This document shows positions 28,601 through 42,879 of a stretch of DNA of 64,000 nucleotides, in pieces. Source of the DNA: Eledone cirrhosa (taxonomy: Eukaryota); NCBI GenBank assembly GCA_964016885.1, contig OZ024745.1, forward strand, positions 64,542,001 through 64,606,000, read 5' to 3'. Made by a program: the position numbers and the translations under genes. Below the pieces are notes generated by a model. The model was not told the origin of the DNA. It did not search any database and saw nothing but the letters and a program-made list of their open reading frames with translations. Positions within the stretch are counted from its first letter, which is position 1; every line of letters begins with the position of its first letter.

Positions 28601-30900
28601 TTTATTTGGGGGATCCATTTTTTATTTGGGGGATCCATTGTTTATTTGGGTGATTCATTGTTTATTTGGGTGATCCATTTTTTATTTGGGTGATCCTTTT
28701 TTATTTGGGGGATCCATTTTTTATTTGGGGGATCCATTTTTTATTTGGGTGATCCATTTTTTATTTGGGTGATCCATTTTTTATTTGTGGGATCCATTTT
28801 TTATTTGGGGGATCCATTTTTTATTTGGGGGATCCTTTTTTTATTTGGGTGATCCATTTTTTATTTGGGTGATCCATTTTTTATTTGGGGGATCCATTTT
28901 TTATTTGGGTGATCCATTTTTTATTTGGGTGATCCATTTTTTTGGGGGGGGATCCATTTTTTATTTGGGTGATGCATTTTTTATTTGGGGGATCCATTTT
29001 TTATTTGGGGGATCCATTTTTTATTTGGGTGATACATTTTTTATTTGGGTGATCCATTTTTTATTTGGGTGATCCATTTTTTATTTGGGTTGATCCCTTT
29101 TTTATTTGGGGGATCCATTTTTTATTTGGGTGATCCATTTTTTATTTGGGGGATCCATTTTTTATTTGGGTGATCCATTTTTTATTTGGGGGATCCATTT
29201 TTAATTTGGGTGATCCATTTTTTATTTGGGGGATCCATTTTTTATTTGGGTGATCCATTTTTTATTTGGGGGATCCATTTTTTAATTGGGTGATCCATTT
29301 TTTATTTGGGGGATCCATTTTTTATTTGGGTGATCCATTTTTTATTTGGGGGATCCATTTTTTATTTGGGTGATCCATATTTTATTTGGGTGATCCATTT
29401 TTTATTTGGGGGATCCTTTTTTTATTTGGGTGATCCATTTTTTATTTGGGGGATTCATTTTTTATTTGGGTGATCCATTTTTTATTTGGGTGATCCATTT
29501 TTTATTTGGGGGATCCATTTTTTATTTGGGTGATCCATTATTTATTTGGGGGATCCATTTTTTATTTGGGTGATCCATTTTTTATTTGTGGGATCCATTT
29601 TTTATTTGGGGGATCCATTTTTTATTTGGAGGATCCATTTTTTATTTGGGTGATCCATTTTTTATTTGGGTGATCCATTTATTATTTGGGGGATCCATTT
29701 TTTATTTGGGGGCAGAATTTTTATTTGAGTGATCCATTTTCTATTTGGGTGATCCATTTTTTATTTGGGTGATCCATTTTTTATTTGGGGGATCCATTTT
29801 TTATTTGGGGGCAGAATTTTTATTTGGGTGATCCACTTTCTATTTGGGTGATCCATTTTTTATTTGGGTGATCCATTTTTTATTTGGGTATTCCATTTTT
29901 TATTTGTGGGATCCATTTTTTATTTGGGTGATCCATTTTTTAATTGGGGGATCCAGTTTTTATTTGGGTCATCCATTTTTTATTTGGGGTATCCATTTTT
30001 TATTTGGGGGATCCATTTTTTATTTTGGGTGATCCATTTTTTATTAGGGGGATCCATTTTTTATTTGGGTGATCCATTTTTATTTGTAGATCCATTTTTT
30101 ATTTGGGTGATCCATTTTTTAATTGGATGATCCATTTTTTATTTGGGGGATCCATTTTTTATTTGGGGGATCCATTATTTATTTGGGTGATCCATTTTTT
30201 ATTTGGGTGATCCATTTTTTATTTGGGGGATCCATTTTTTATTTGGGTGATCCATTTTTTATTTGGGTGATCCATTTTTTAATTGGGGGATCCATTTTTT
30301 ATTTAGTTGATCCATTTTTTAATTGGGTGATCCATTTTTTATTTGGGGGATCCATTTTTTATTTGGGGGATCCATTGTTTATTTGGGTGATTCATTGTTT
30401 ATTTGGGTGATCCATTTTTTATTTGGGTGATCCATTTTTTATTTGGGGGATCCATTTTTTATTTGGGGGATCCATTTTTTATTTGGGTGATCCATTTTTT
30501 ATTTGGGTGATCCATTTTTTATTTGTGGGATCCATTTTTTATTTGGGGGATCCATTTTTTATTTGGGGGATCCTTTTTTTATTTGGGTGATCCATTTTTT
30601 ATTTGGGTGATCCATTTTTTATTTGGGGGATCCATTTTTTATTTGGGTGATCCATTTTTTATTTGGGTGATCCATTTTTTGGGGGGGGGATCCATTTTTT
30701 ATTTGGGTGATCCATTTTTTATTTGGGGGATCCATTTTTTATTTGGGGGATCCATTTTTTATTTGGGTGATACATTTTTTATTTGGGTGATCCATTTTTT
30801 ATTTGGGTGATCCATTTTTTATTTGGGTTGATCCCTTTTTTATTTGGGGGATCCATTTTTTATTTGGGTGATCCATTTTTTATTTGGGGGATCCATTTTT
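25650..30900 (+). repeat. Three tandem copies of an about 1.74-kb (about 87-monomer) higher-order unit; two related copies at about 14200-17600
   Basis: ORF starts at 26347, 28107 and 29844 (spacings 1760 and 1737). GCAGAA pairs at 26215, 27975 and 29712. ORFs 15132/16850 are spaced 1718. Confidence 0.88.
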
Positions 30901-33900
30901 TATTTGGGGGATCCATTTCTTATTTGGGTGATCCATTTTTTATTTGGGGGATCCATTTTTTATTTGGGTGATACATTTTTTAATTGGGTGATCCATTTTT
31001 ATTTGGGTGATCCATTTTTTACTTGGGGGATCCATTTTTTATTTGGGGGATCCATTTTTTATTTTGCTGATTCATTTTTTATTTGGGTGATCCATATTTT
31101 ATTTGGGGGTATCCATTTTTTATTTGGGTGATCCATTTTTTATTTGGGGGATCCATTTTTTATTTGGGTGATCCATTTTTTATTTGGGTGATCCATTTTT
31201 TATTTGGGGGATCCAATTTTTATTTGGGTGATCCATTTTTTATTTGGGTGATCCATTTTTTATTTGTGGGATCCATTTTTTATTTGGGGCATCCATTTTT
31301 TATTTGGGTGATCCATTTTTATTTGGAGATCCATTTTGTACTTGGGTGATCCATTTGTTAATTGGGTGATCCATTTTTTATTTGGGTGATCCATTTTTTA
31401 TTTGGGGGATTCATTTTTTATTTGGGTGATCCATTTTTTATTTGGGTGGTCCATTTTTTATTTGGGTGATCCATTTTTTATTTGGGGGATCCATTTTTTA
31501 TTTGGGTGATCCATTTTTTATTTGGGGATCCATTTTTTATATGGGTGATCCATTCTTTATTTGGGTGATCCATTTTTTATTTGGGTGATCCATTTTTTAT
31601 TTGGGGATCCATTTTTTATTTGGGGGATTCATTTTTTATTTGGGTGATCCATTTTTTATTAGGGGGATCCATTTTTTATTTGGGTGATCCATTTTTATTT
31701 GGAGATCCATTTTTTATTTAGGTGATCCATTTTATAATTGGGTGATCCATTTTTTATTTGGGGGATCCATTTTTTATTTGGGGGATCCATTATTTATTTG
31801 GGTGATCCATTTTTTATTTGGGTGATCCATTTTTTATTTGGGTGATCAATTTTTTATTTGGGTGATCCATTTTTTATTTGGGTGATCCATTTTTTAGTTG
31901 GGTGGTCCATTTTTTATTTGGGTGATCCATTTTTTATTTGGGGGATCCATTTTTTATTTGGGTGATCCATTTTTTATTTGGGGATCCATTTTTTATTTGG
32001 GTGATCCATTTTTTATTTGGGTGATCCATTTTTTATTTGGGGGATCCATTTTTTATTTGGGTGATTCATTTTTTATTTGGGGGGTCCATTTTTTATTTGG
32101 GGGATCCATTTTTATTTGGGTGATCCATTTTTTATTTGGGGGATCCATTTTTTATTTGGGTGATCCATTTTTTATTTGGGTTGATCCCTTTTTTATTTGG
32201 GGGATCCATTTTTTATTTGGGTGATCCATTTTTTATTTGGGGGATCCATTTTTTATTTGGGTGATCCATTTTTTATTTGAGGGATCCATTTTATATTTGG
32301 GTGATCCATTTTTTATTTGGGGGATCCATTATTTATTTGGGTGATCCATTTTTTATTTGGGTGATCCATTTTTTATTTGGGTGATCCATTTTTTATTTGG
32401 GTGATCCATTTTTTATTTGTGGATCCATTTTTTATTTGGGTGATCCATTTTTTATTTGGGTGATCCATTTTTTATTTGGGGGATCCATTTTTTATTTGGG
32501 TGATCCATTTTTTATTTGGGGATCCATTTTTTATTTGGGTGATCCATTTTTTATTTGGGTGATCCATTTTTTATTTGGGGGATCCATTTTTTATTTGGGT
32601 GATCCATTTTTTATTTGGGGTTCCATTTTTTATTTGGGGGATCCATTTTTATTTGGGTGATCCATTTTTTATTTGGGGGATCCATTTTTTATTTGGGTGA
32701 TCCATTTTTTATTTGGGTTGATCCCTTTTTTATTTGGGGGATCCATTTTTTATTTGGGTGATCCATTTTTTATTTGGGGGATCCATTTTTTATTTGGGGG
32801 ATCCATTTTTTATTTGGTTGATCCATTTTTTATTAGGGGGATCCATTTTTTATTTGGGTGATCCATTTTAATTTGGAGATCCATTTTTTGTTTAGGTGAT
32901 CCATTTTATAATTGGGTGATCCATTTTTTATTTGGGGGATCCATTTTTTATTTGGGGGATCCATTATTTATTTGGGTGATCCATTTTTTATTTGGGTGAT
33001 CCATTTTTTATTTGGGTGATCCATTTTTTATTTGGGTGATCCATTTTTTATTTGGGTGATCCATTTTTTATTTGGGGGATCCATTTTTTATTTGGGTGAT
33101 CCATTTTTTATTTGGGTGATCCATTTTTTATTTGAGGGATCCATTTTATATTTGGGTGATCCATTTTTTATATGGGTGATCCATTTTTTATTTGGGGGAT
33201 CCATTTTTTATTTGGGGGATCCATTTTTTATTTGGGGGATCCATTTTTTATTTGGGGGATCCATTTTTTATTTCTGGGATCCATTTTTTATTTGGGTGAT
33301 TCATTTTTTATTTGGGGGATCCATTTTTTATTTGGGTGATCCATTTTTTTTATTTGGGGGTCCATTTTTTATTTGGGTGATCCATTTTTTATTTGGATGA
33401 TCCATTTTTTAATTGGGTGATCCATTTTTATTTGGGTGATCCATTTTTTACTTGGGGGATCCATTTTTTATTTGGGTGATCCATTTTTTATTTTGCTGAT
33501 TCATTTTTTATTTGGGTGATCCATTTTTTATTTGGGGGATCCATTTTTTATTTGGGTGAACCATTTTTTATTTGGGAGATCCATTTTTTATTTGGGTGAT
33601 CCATTTTTTATTTGGGTGATCCATTTTTTATTTGGGGGATCCATTTTTTATTTGGGTGATCCATTTTTTATTTGGGTGATCCATTTTTTATTTGGGGGAT
33701 CCATTTTTTATTTGGGGGATCCATTTTTTATTTGGGTGATCCATTTTTATTTGGAGATCCATTTTGTATTTGGGTGATCCATTTTTTAATTGGGTGATCC
33801 ATTTTTTATTTGGGTGATCCATTTTTTATTTGGGGGATCCATTTTTTATTTGGGTGATCCATTTTTTATTTGGGTGGTCCATTTTTTATTTGGGTGATCC

Positions 33901-36900
33901 ATTTTTTATTTGGGGGATCCATTTTTTATTTGGGTGATCCATTTTTTATTTGGGGATCCATTTTTTATTTGGGTGATCCATTTTTTATTTGGGTGATCCA
34001 TTTTTTATTTGGGGGATCCATTTTTTATTTGGGTGATCCATTTTTTATTTGGGGGGGTCCATTTTTTATTTGGGGGATCCATTTTTATTTGGGTGATCCA
34101 TTTTTTATTTGGGGGATCCATTTTTTATTTGGGTGATCCCTTTTTTATTTGGGGGATCCATTTTTTATTTGGGTGATCCATTTTTTATTTGGGGGATCCA
34201 TTTTTTATTTGGGGGATTCATTTTTTATTTGGGTGATCCATTTTTTATTAGGGGGATCCATTTTTTATTTGGGTGATCCATTTTTATTTGGAGATCCATT
34301 TTTTATTTAGGTGATCCATTTTATAATTGGGTGATCCATTTTTTATTTGGGGGATCCATTTTTTATTTGGGGGATCCATTATTTATTTGGGTGATCCATT
34401 TTTTATTTGGGTGATCCATTTTTTATTTGGGTGGTCCATTTTTTATTTGGGTGCTCCATTTTTTATTTGGGTGATCCATTTTTTATTTGGGGGATCCATT
34501 TTTTATTTGGGTGATCCATTTTTTATTTGGGGGATCCATTTTTTATTTGGGTGATCCATTTTTTATTTGGGGGATCCATTTTTTATTTCGGGGATCCATT
34601 TTTTATTTGGGTGATTCATTTTTTATTTGGGGGATCCATTTTTTATTTTGGGTGATCCATTTTTTATTAGGGGGATCCATTTTTTATTTGGGTGATCCAT
34701 TTTTATTTGTAGATCCATTTTTTATTTGGGTGATCCATTTTTTAATTGGATGATCCATTTTTTATTTGGGGGATCCATTTTTTATTTGGGGGATCCATTA
34801 TTTATTTGGGTGATCCATTTTTTATTTGGGTGATCCATTTTTTGTTCGGGGGATCCATTTTTTATTTGGGTGATCCATTTTTTATTTGGGTGATCCATTT
34901 TTTAATTGGGGATCCATTTTTTATTTAGTTGATCCATTTTTTAATTGGGTCATGCATTTTTTATTTGGGGGATCCATTTTTTATTTGGGGGATCCATTTT
35001 TTATTTGGGGGATCCATTGTTTATTTGGGTGATCCATTTTTTATTTGGGTGATCCATTTTTTATTTGGGGGATCCATTTTGTATTTGGGTGATCCATTTT
35101 TTATTTGGGTGATCCATTTTTTATTTGGGTGATCCATTTTTTATTTGTGGGATCCATTTTTTATTTGGGTGATCCATTTTTTATTTGGGGGATCCATTTT
35201 TTATTTGGGGGATCCAGTTTTTATTTGGGTCATCCATTTTTTATTTGGGGTATCCATTTTTTATTTGGGGGATCCATTTTTTATTTTGGGTGATCCATTT
35301 TTTATTAGGGGGATCCATTTTTTATTTGGGTGATCCATTTTTATTTGTAGATCCATTTTTTATTTGGGTGATCCATTTTTTAATTGGATGATCCATTTTT
35401 TATTTGGGGGATCCATTTTTTATTTGGGGGATCCATTATTTATTTGGGTGATCCATTTTTTATTTGGGTGATCCATTTTTTATTTGGGGGATCCATTTTT
35501 TATTTGGGTGATCCATTTTTTATTTGGGTGATCCATTTTTTAATTGGGGGATCCATTTTTTATTTAGTTGATCCATTTTTTAATTGGGTGATCCATTTTT
35601 TATTTGGGGGATCCATTTTTTATTTGGGGGATCCATTGTTTATTTGGGTGATTCATTGTTTATTTGGGTGATCCATTTTTTATTTGGGTGATCCTTTTTT
35701 ATTTGGGGGATCCATTTTTTATTTGGGGGATCCATTTTTTATTTGGGTGATCCATTTTTTATTTGGGTGATCCATTTTTTATTTGTGGGATCCATTTTTT
35801 ATTTGGGGGATCCATTTTTTATTTGGGGGATCCTTTTTTTATTTGGGTGATCCATTTTTTATTTGGGTGATCCATTTTTTATTTGGGGGATCCATTTTTT
35901 ATTTGGGTGATCCATTTTTTATTTGGGTGATCCATTTTTTTGGGGGGGGATCCATTTTTTATTTGGGTGATGCATTTTTTATTTGGGGGATCCATTTTTT
36001 ATTTGGGGGATCCATTTTTAATTTGGGTGATCCATTTTTTATTTGGGGGATCCATTTTTTATTTGGGTGATCCATTTTTTATTTGGGGGATCCATTTTTT
36101 AATTGGGTGATCCATTTTTTATTTGGGGGATCCATTTTTTATTTGGGTGATCCATTTTTTATTTGGGGGATCCATTTTTTATTTGGGTGATCCATATTTT
36201 ATTTGGGTGATCCATTTTTTATTTGGGGGATCCTTTTTTTATTTGGGTGATCCATTTTTTATTTGGGGGATTCATTTTTTATTTGGGTGATCCATTTTTT
36301 ATTTGGGTGATCCATTTTTTATTTGGGGGATCCATTTTTTATTTGGGTGATCCATTATTTATTTGGGGGATCCATTTTTTATTTGGGTGATCCATTTTTT
36401 ATTTGTGGGATCCATTTTTTATTTGGGGGATCCATTTTTTATTTGGAGGATCCATTTTTTATTTGGGTGATCCATTTTTTATTTGGGTGATCCATTTATT
36501 ATTTGGGGGATCCATTTTTTATTTGGGGGCAGAATTTTTATTTGAGTGATCCATTTTCTATTTGGGTGATCCATTTTTTATTTGGGTGATCCATTTTTTA
36601 TTTGGGGGATCCATTTTTTATTTGGGGGCAGAATTTTTATTTGGGTGATCCACTTTCTATTTGGGTGATCCATTTTTTATTTGGGTGATCCATTTTTTAT
36701 TTGGGTATTCCATTTTTTATTTGTGGGATCCATTTTTTATTTGGGTGATCCATTTTTTATTTGGGGGATCCAGTTTTTATTTGGGTCATCCATTTTTTAT
36801 TTGGGGTATCCATTTTTTATTTGGGGGATCCATTTTTTATTTTGGGTGATCCATTTTTTATTAGGGGGATCCATTTTTTATTTGGGTGATCCATTTTTAT

Positions 36901-39900
36901 TTGTAGATCCATTTTTTATTTGGGTGATCCATTTTTTAATTGGATGATCCATTTTTTATTTGGGGGATCCATTTTTTATTTGGGGGATCCATTATTTATT
37001 TGGGTGATCCATTTTTTATTTGGGTGATCCATTTTTTATTTGGGGGATCCATTTTTTATTTGGGTGATCCATTTTTTATTTGGGTGATCCATTTTTTAAT
37101 TGGGGGATCCATTTTTTATTTAGTTGATCCATTTTTTAATTGGGTGATCCATTTTTTATTTGGGGGATCCATTTTTTATTTGGGGGATCCATTGTTTATT
37201 TGGGTGATTCATTGTTTATTTGGGTGATCCATTTTTTATTTGGGTGATCCATTTTTTATTTGGGGGATCCATTTTTTATTTGGGGGATCCATTTTTTATT
37301 TGGGTGATCCATTTTTTATTTGGGTGATCCATTTTTTATTTGTGGGATCCATTTTTTATTTGGGGGATCCATTTTTTATTTGGGGGATCCTTTTTTTATT
37401 TGGGTGATCCATTTTTTATTTGGGTGATCCATTTTTTATTTGGGGGATCCATTTTTTATTTGGGTGATCCATTTTTTATTTGGGTGATCCATTTTTTTGG
37501 GGGGGGATCCATTTTTTATTTGGGTGATCCATTTTTTATTTGGGGGATCCATTTTTTATTTGGGGGATCCATTTTTTATTTGGGTGATACATTTTTTATT
37601 TGGGTGATCCATTTTTTATTTGGGTGATCCATTTTTTATTTGGGTTGATCCCTTTTTTATTTGGGGGATCCATTTTTTATTTGGGTGATCCATTTTTTAT
37701 TTGGGGGATCCATTTTTTATTTGGGGGATCCATTTCTTATTTGGGTGATCCATTTTTTATTTGGGGGATCCATTTTTTATTTGGGTGATACATTTTTTAA
37801 TTGGGTGATCCATTTTTATTTGGGTGATCCATTTTTTACTTGGGGGATCCATTTTTTATTTGGGGGATCCATTTTTTATTTTGCTGATTCATTTTTTATT
37901 TGGGTGATCCATATTTTATTTGGGGGTATCCATTTTTTATTTGGGTGATCCATTTTTTATTTGGGGGATCCATTTTTTATTTGGGTGATCCATTTTTTAT
38001 TTGGGTGATCCATTTTTTATTTGGCGGATCCAATTTTTATTTGGGTGATCCATTTTTTATTTGGGTGATCCATTTTTTATTTGTGGGATCCATTTTTTAT
38101 TTGGGGCATCCATTTTTTATTTGGGTGATCCATTTTTATTTGGAGATCCATTTTGTACTTGGGTGATCCATTTGTTAATTGGGTGATCCATTTTTTATTT
38201 GGGTGATCCATTTTTTATTTGGGGGATTCATTTTTTATTTGGGTGATCCATTTTTTATTTGGGTGGTCCATTTTTTATTTGGGTGATCCATTTTTTATTT
38301 GGGGGATCCATTTTTTATTTGGGTGATCCATTTTTTATTTGGGGATCCATTTTTTATATGGGTGATCCATTCTTTATTTGGGTGATCCATTTTTTATTTG
38401 GGTGATCCATTTTTTATTTGGGGATCCATTTTTTATTTGGGGGATTCATTTTTTATTTGGGTGATCCATTTTTTATTAGGGGGATCCATTTTTTATTTGG
38501 GTGATCCATTTTTATTTGGAGATCCATTTTTTATTTAGGTGATCCATTTTATAATTGGGTGATCCATTTTTTATTTGGGGGATCCATTTTTTATTTGGGG
38601 GATCCATTATTTATTTGGGTGATCCATTTTTTATTTGGGTGATCCATTTTTTATTTGGGTGATCAATTTTTTATTTGGGTGATCCATTTTTTATTTGGGT
38701 GATCCATTTTTTAGTTGGGTGGTCCATTTTTTATTTGGGTGATCCATTTTTTATTTGGGGGATCCATTTTTTATTTGGGTGATCCATTTTTTATTTGGGG
38801 ATCCATTTTTTATTTGGGTGATCCATTTTTTATTTGGGTGATCCATTTTTTATTTGGGGGATCCATTTTTTATTTGGGTGATTCATTTTTTATTTGGGGG
38901 GTCCATTTTTTATTTGGGGGATCCATTTTTATTTGGGTGATCCATTTTTTATTTGGGGGATCCATTTTTTATTTGGGTGATCCATTTTTTATTTGGGTTG
39001 ATCCCTTTTTTATTTGGGGGATCCATTTTTTATTTGGGTGATCCATTTTTTATTTGGGGGATCCATTTTTTATTTGGGTGATCCATTTTTTATTTGAGGG
39101 ATCCATTTTATATTTGGGTGATCCATTTTTTATTTGGGGGATCCATTATTTATTTGGGTGATCCATTTTTTATTTGGGTGATCCATTTTTTATTTGGGTG
39201 ATCCATTTTTTATTTGGGTGATCCATTTTTTATTTGTGGATCCATTTTTTATTTGGGTGATCCATTTTTTATTTGGGTGATCCATTTTTTATTTGGGGGA
39301 TCCATTTTTTATTTGGGTGATCCATTTTTTATTTGGGGATCCATTTTTTATTTGGGTGATCCATTTTTTATTTGGGTGATCCATTTTTTATTTGGGGGAT
39401 CCATTTTTTATTTGGGTGATCCATTTTTTATTTGGGGTTCCATTTTTTATTTGGGGGATCCATTTTTATTTGGGTGATCCATTTTTTATTTGGGGGATCC
39501 ATTTTTTATTTGGGTGATCCATTTTTTATTTGGGTTGATCCCTTTTTTATTTGGGGGATCCATTTTTTATTTGGGTGATCCATTTTTTATTTGGGGGATC
39601 CATTTTTTATTTGGGGGATCCATTTTTTATTTGGTTGATCCATTTTTTATTAGGGGGATCCATTTTTTATTTGGGTGATCCATTTTAATTTGGAGATCCA
39701 TTTTTTGTTTAGGTGATCCATTTTATAATTGGGTGATCCATTTTTTATTTGGGGGATCCATTTTTTATTTGGGGGATCCATTATTTATTTGGGTGATCCA
39801 TTTTTTATTTGGGTGATCCATTTTTTATTTGGGTGATCCATTTTTTATTTGGGTGATCCATTTTTTATTTGGGTGATCCATTTTTTATTTGGGGGATCCA

Positions 39901-42000
39901 TTTTTTATTTGGGTGATCCATTTTTTATTTGGGTGATCCATTTTTTATTTGAGGGATCCATTTTATATTTGGGTGATCCATTTTTTATATGGGTGATCCA
40001 TTTTTTATTTGGGGGATCCATTTTTTATTTGGGGGATCCATTTTTTATTTGGGGGATCCATTTTTTATTTGGGGGATCCATTTTTTATTTCTGGGATCCA
40101 TTTTTTATTTGGGTGATTCATTTTTTATTTGGGGGATCCATTTTTTATTTGGGTGATCCATTTTTTTTATTTGGGGGTCCATTTTTTATTTGGGTGATCC
40201 ATTTTTTATTTGGATGATCCATTTTTTAATTGGGTGATCCATTTTTATTTGGGTGATCCATTTTTTACTTGGGGGATCCATTTTTTATTTGGGTGATCCA
40301 TTTTTTATTTTGCTGATTCATTTTTTATTTGGGTGATCCATTTTTTATTTGGGGGATCCATTTTTTATTTGGGTGAACCATTTTTTATTTGGGAGATCCA
40401 TTTTTTATTTGGGTGATCCATTTTTTATTTGGGTGATCCATTTTTTATTTGGGGGATCCATTTTTTATTTGGGTGATCCATTTTTTATTTGGGTGATCCA
40501 TTTTTTATTTGGGGGATCCATTTTTTATTTGGGGGATCCATTTTTTATTTGGGTGATCCATTTTTATTTGGAGATCCATTTTGTATTTGGGTGATCCATT
40601 TTTTAATTGGGTGATCCATTTTTTATTTGGGTGATCCATTTTTTATTTGGGGGATCCATTTTTTATTTGGGTGATCCATTTTTTATTTGGGTGGTCCATT
40701 TTTTATTTGGGTGATCCATTTTTTATTTGGGGGATCCATTTTTTATTTGGGTGATCCATTTTTTATTTGGGGATCCATTTTTTATTTGGGTGATCCATTT
40801 TTTATTTGGGTGATCCATTTTTTATTTGGGGGATCCATTTTTTATTTGGGTGATCCATTTTTTATTTGGGGGGGTCCATTTTTTATTTGGGGGATCCATT
40901 TTTATTTGGGTGATCCATTTTTTATTTGGGGGATCCATTTTTTATTTGGGTGATCCCTTTTTTATTTGGGGGATCCATTTTTTATTTGGGTGATCCATTT
41001 TTTATTTGGGGGATCCATTTTTTATTTGGGGGATTCATTTTTTATTTGGGTGATCCATTTTTTATTAGGGGGATCCATTTTTTATTTGGGTGATCCATTT
41101 TTATTTGGAGATCCATTTTTTATTTAGGTGATCCATTTTATAATTGGGTGATCCATTTTTTATTTGGGGGATCCATTTTTTATTTGGGGGATCCATTATT
41201 TATTTGGGTGATCCATTTTTTATTTGGGTGATCCATTTTTTATTTGGGTGGTCCATTTTTTATTTGGGTGCTCCATTTTTTATTTGGGTGATCCATTTTT
41301 TATTTGGGGGATCCATTTTTTATTTGGGTGATCCATTTTTTATTTGGGGGATCCATTTTTTATTTGGGTGATCCATTTTTTATTTGGGGGATCCATTTTT
41401 TATTTCGGGGATCCATTTTTTATTTGGGTGATTCATTTTTTATTTGGGGGATCCATTTTTTATTTTGGGTGATCCATTTTTTATTAGGGGGATCCATTTT
41501 TTATTTGGGTGATCCATTTTTATTTGTAGATCCATTTTTTATTTGGGTGATCCATTTTTTAATTGGATGATCCATTTTTTATTTGGGGGATCCATTTTTT
41601 ATTTGGGGGATCCATTATTTATTTGGGTGATCCATTTTTTATTTGGGTGATCCATTTTTTGTTCGGGGGATCCATTTTTTATTTGGGTGATCCATTTTTT
41701 ATTTGGGTGATCCATTTTTTAATTGGGGATCCATTTTTTATTTAGTTGATCCATTTTTTAATTGGGTCATGCATTTTTTATTTGGGGGATCCATTTTTTA
41801 TTTGGGGGATCCATTTTTTATTTGGGGGATCCATTGTTTATTTGGGTGATCCATTTTTTATTTGGGTGATCCATTTTTTATTTGGGGGATCCATTTTGTA
41901 TTTGGGTGATCCATTTTTTATTTGGGTGATCCATTTTTTATTTGGGTGATCCATTTTTTATTTGTGGGATCCATTTTTTATTTGGGTGATCCATTTTTTA
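28190..42000 (+). repeat. Tandem duplication of an about 7.0-kb unit (28190-35190 and 35190-42000); the second copy lacks about 181 bp near 36010
   Basis: Offset 6998 before the gap (28386/35384, 28785/35783) and 6817 after it (29844/36661, 31898/38715, 33032/39849, 34929/41746). The variants TTTGAGTGATCC (29728/36545) and GGGTCATGC (about 34950/41767) are shared. Confidence 0.93.
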
Positions 42001-42879
42001 TTTGGGGGATCCATTTTTTATTTGGGTGATCCATTTTTTATTTGGGTGATCCATTTTTTATTTGGGGGATCCATTTTTTATTTGGGTGATCCATTTTTTA
42101 TTTGGGGGATCCATTTTTTATTTGGGGGATCCATTTTTTATTTGGGTGATCCATTTTTTATATGGGTGATCCATTTTTTATTTGGGGGGATCCATTTTTA
42201 ATTTGGGTGATCCATTTTTTATTTGGGGGATCCATTTTTTATTTGGGTGATCCATATTTTATTTGGGGGATCCATTTTTTATTTGGGTGATCCATTTTTT
42301 ATTTGGGTGATCCATTTTTTAATTGGGTGATCCATTTTTTATTTGGGGGATCCATTTTTTATTTGGGTGATCCATTTTTTAGTTGGGTGGTCCATTTTTT
42401 ATTTGGGTGATCCATTTTTTATTTGGGGGATCCATTTTTTATTTGGGTGATCCATTTTTTATTTGGGGATCCATTTTTTATTTGGGTGATCCATTTTTTA
42501 TTTGGGTGATCCATTTTTTATTTGGGGGATCCATTTTTTATTTGGGTGATTCATTTTTTATTTGGGGGGTCCATTTTTTATTTGGGGGATCCATTTTTAT
42601 TTGGGTGATCCATTTTTTATTTGGGGGATCCATTTTTTATTTGGGTGATCCATTTTTTATTTGGGTTGATCCCTTTTTTATTTGGGGGATCCATTTTTTA
42701 TTTGGGTGATCCATTTTTTATTTGGGGGATCCATTTTTTATTTGGGTGATCCATTTTTTATTTGAGGGATCCATTTTATATTTGGGTGATCCATTTTTTA
42801 TTTGGGGGATCCATTATTTATTTGGGTGATCCATTTTTTATTTGGGTGATCCATTTTTTATTTGGGTGATCCATTTTTT